A DNA stretch of 26,556 bases from a virus, in UHGV virus genome UHGV-0062447; one strand, written 5' to 3'. Both the position numbers and the translations under genes were made by a program. The notes under the pieces are model-generated. The model saw only the letters and a list, made by a program, of their open reading frames with translations. It had not been told where the DNA came from and did no database searches. Below, piece after piece: positions 24,813 through 26,556 of the stretch (position 1 is its first letter; the number at the start of each line of letters is the position of its first letter).

Positions 24813-25865
24813 ATGGCTGTACGAAAACTCACCACAGGAAAATGGCTTTGCGAATGTTACCCCGCCGGACGTAGTGGGCGTCGTGTGCGTAAACAATTCG
24901 CCACCAAAGGCGAAGCACTGGCTTTTGAGCGTCACACGATGGAAGAAACCGAAGCAAAGCCCTGGCTGGGTGAATCAGTGGATCGTCGAACACTGAAAGA
25001 CGTGGTTGAGCTATGGTTCAAACTACATGGTAAATCTCTGACTGCTGGGCAGCATGTCTATGACAAATTGCTGCTGATGGTTGACGCTCTGGGCAATCCC
25101 CTTGCAACTGATCTAACCTCTAAAATGTTTGCCCACTATCGAGATAAACGCCTGACAGGTGAGATCTACTTCAGCGAGAAATGGAAGAAAGGAGCAAGCC
25201 CGGTCACCATTAACCTGGAGCAAAGCTATCTAAGTAGTGTTTTTAGCGAACTATCCCGCCTGGGCGAATGGTCGTATCCGAACCCACTGGAGAACATGCG
25301 AAAATTCACCATCGCAGAAAAAGAGATGGCATGGCTTACCCATGAGCAGATTGTTGAATTACTGGCTGATTGCAAACGTCAGGAGCCAATTCTGGCACTG
25401 GTAGTTAAGATATGCTTAAGCACAGGCGCACGCTGGCGAGAAGCCGTAAATCTTACCCGCTCACAGGTGACCAAATACCGAATTACCTTTGTAAGAACGA
25501 AGGGGAAGAAAAACAGAAGCATCCCTATCAGTAAAGAGCTTTACGAAGAGATCATGGCGCTTGATGGATTCAATTTCTTCACAGACTGCTATTTTCAATT
25601 TTTATCCGTGATGGAAAAAACGTCTATCGTGCTCCCTCGCGGTCAACTCACACACGTTCTGCGCCATACGTTTGCGGCGCACTTCATGATGTCGGGTGGA
25701 AACATTCTGGCCTTACAAAAAATTCTCGGACACCACGATATAAAAATGACTATGCGTTACGCACATCTGGCACCGGATCATCTGGAAACGGCGCTCCGTT
25801 TCAATCCTCTGGCAACGCTGCCAAGTGGCGACAAAGTGGCGGCAGCGGTTGGCATTACCCCGTAA
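24813..25865 (+). CDS. int: Tyrosine integrase (P2/186 Int family)
   Basis: From ATG 24813: MAVRKLTTGKWLCECYPAGRSGRRVRKQFATKGEALAFE... parallels the P2 Int N-terminus (MAIKKLDDGRYEVDIRPTGRNGKRIRRKFDKKSEAVAFE) and contains the catalytic-region motifs STGARW, HVLRHTFA and MRYAH. Confidence 0.9.
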   Translation: MAVRKLTTGKWLCECYPAGRSGRRVRKQFATKGEALAFERHTMEETEAKPWLGESVDRRTLKDVVELWFKLHGKSLTAGQHVYDKLLLMVDALGNPLATDLTSKMFAHYRDKRLTGEIYFSEKWKKGASPVTINLEQSYLSSVFSELSRLGEWSYPNPLENMRKFTIAEKEMAWLTHEQIVELLADCKRQEPILALVVKICLSTGARWREAVNLTRSQVTKYRITFVRTKGKKNRSIPISKELYEEIMALDGFNFFTDCYFQFLSVMEKTSIVLPRGQLTHVLRHTFAAHFMMSGGNILALQKILGHHDIKMTMRYAHLAPDHLETALRFNPLATLPSGDKVAAAVGITP

Positions 25866-25888
25866 TAACCACCACTGACCACCAACCC

Positions 25889-25920
25889 AACTTATTGTTT
25901 TTACTCTAACTTATTGTTTT
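25889..25920. repeat. Two copies of AACTTATTGTTTT (25889-25901, 25908-25920) in the int-proximal attachment region
   Basis: Read directly, between the int stop and the TetR gene; candidate integrase arm-type or core-adjacent sites. Followed by hairpin AACCC-N12-GGGTT plus a T-run (25925-25952). Confidence 0.4.
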
Positions 25921-25969
25921 CATTAACCCGTTTACATAAATGGGTTTTTTGTTGCCTGAAATTTATCTA

Positions 25970-26506
25970 CTACCCAGCAATCCTCTCAACCATCCTCAAA
26001 ATCTCCTCGCGTGATAGCGGCTTACGGTCGGTGACAAAATGCAGCGTCATCCCCTCAATAAACGCATCAAGCGCGCGGGCGGTTCCGGGTTCAAACCATT
26101 GTTCGAGCGTTTGTTGACTGCGCTGCATCCAGTTTTGCATTACCGTTTTTAAGAGCGGTTTTCGGCTAGCCAGCGCGTAGAGCTGGTACATCAGCTCCAT
26201 ATTATCCGGCGTTGCGACCTGTGAGCTGTAGATCATATCGGTGATAGCCTGGCATGCGCCTGGAGCATCACTAACATCGCTAAAAAATGCCTGATATTGC
26301 CGGGACATGATCTCAGTAAAACGGCTGAACGCCTCCAGCAACAACTCATCAATTCCTGAAAAATAGTAGGTCATCGATCCCAACGGCACCCCGGCAAGGG
26401 TAGCAATTTTGCGGTGTGTAACAGCATGTATTCCGTAAAGTTTCACCGCCTCCAGCGTGGCCTGGATAATTTTTTCTCGCCGTTGCGGATCGTTAGCGCG
26501 ACGCAT
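25970..26506 (-). CDS. TetR/AcrR-family transcriptional regulator, probably host chromosome flanking the prophage
   Basis: From ATG 26504-26506: [49 protein letters not shown] has a TetR-type N-terminal HTH; backbone GC; lies outside the phage gene order. It may correspond to an enterobacterial rcdA/ybjK-type gene, but I cannot confirm that. Confidence 0.7.
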   Translation of the reverse strand: MRRANDPQRREKIIQATLEAVKLYGIHAVTHRKIATLAGVPLGSMTYYFSGIDELLLEAFSRFTEIMSRQYQAFFSDVSDAPGACQAITDMIYSSQVATPDNMELMYQLYALASRKPLLKTVMQNWMQRSQQTLEQWFEPGTARALDAFIEGMTLHFVTDRKPLSREEILRMVERIAG

Positions 26507-26556
26507 GTCATTTCCTCTCTCTGCAATTGTGTACAAATGTACACAGTCTTGCTAAT

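Larger units (their letters stand above)
1..25969. mobile_element. P2/186-like temperate prophage, partial (tail-side end lies beyond the left edge; integrase-proximal end at about 25866-25969)
   Basis: Conserved P2/186 gene order H-I-J-W-V-S-R-lysis-X-L-M-N-O (minus) / P-Q (plus) / cos / A / early operon / cII-apl / cI / int, recognised from translations; host-like TetR gene follows int. Confidence 0.85.

Noticed and set aside
1-26556. Insertion sequences, transposases, integrons or additional tRNA/rRNA genes
   Set aside because: No transposase-like ORF, terminal inverted repeats or RNA gene structure were recognised anywhere in the window; cargo acquisition appears to be by recombination within the phage backbone.

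Overview
This window is the central ~26 kb of a P2/186-like (Peduovirus-type) temperate prophage, followed at 25970-26506 by a probable host TetR-family regulator gene. Calls rest on reading the six-frame translations against remembered P2/186 protein sequences and on motifs seen directly in the DNA; no searches were run. From left to right: a partial tail-fibre gene H with 168-bp in-frame tandem repeats, baseplate genes I/J/W/V, tail completion S/R, the lysis cassette (lysC/lysB/lysA/K/Y), X, head genes L/M/N/O (all minus strand), terminase P and portal Q (plus strand), a cos-like site, an SOS-type operon with a perfect LexA box (small ORF plus DinI-family protein, 186 Tum-like), replication gene A translationally coupled to Dam and a TraR-like gene, a 186-type switch (CII, Apl/Cox, CI), and the integrase. 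Superimposed on this backbone are four low-GC cargo insertions with no recognisable phage-core function. The strongest candidates for an undescribed system are (1) two genes flanking cos at the locus where P2 carries old/tin (557-aa protein with a C-terminal hydrophobic hairpin; 203-aa protein with an N-terminal TM helix), and (2) a signal-peptide Cys-rich mini-protein plus a KAP-family P-loop NTPase inserted in the lysogenic cI-int operon. The other two are (3) a 176-aa gene between V and S, and (4) an opposite-strand mini-ORF plus 2-TM protein module flanked by 60-bp direct repeats in the early operon. Several cargo junctions fall inside the 3-prime ends of core genes (Q, S, cI), suggesting gene-end replacement.
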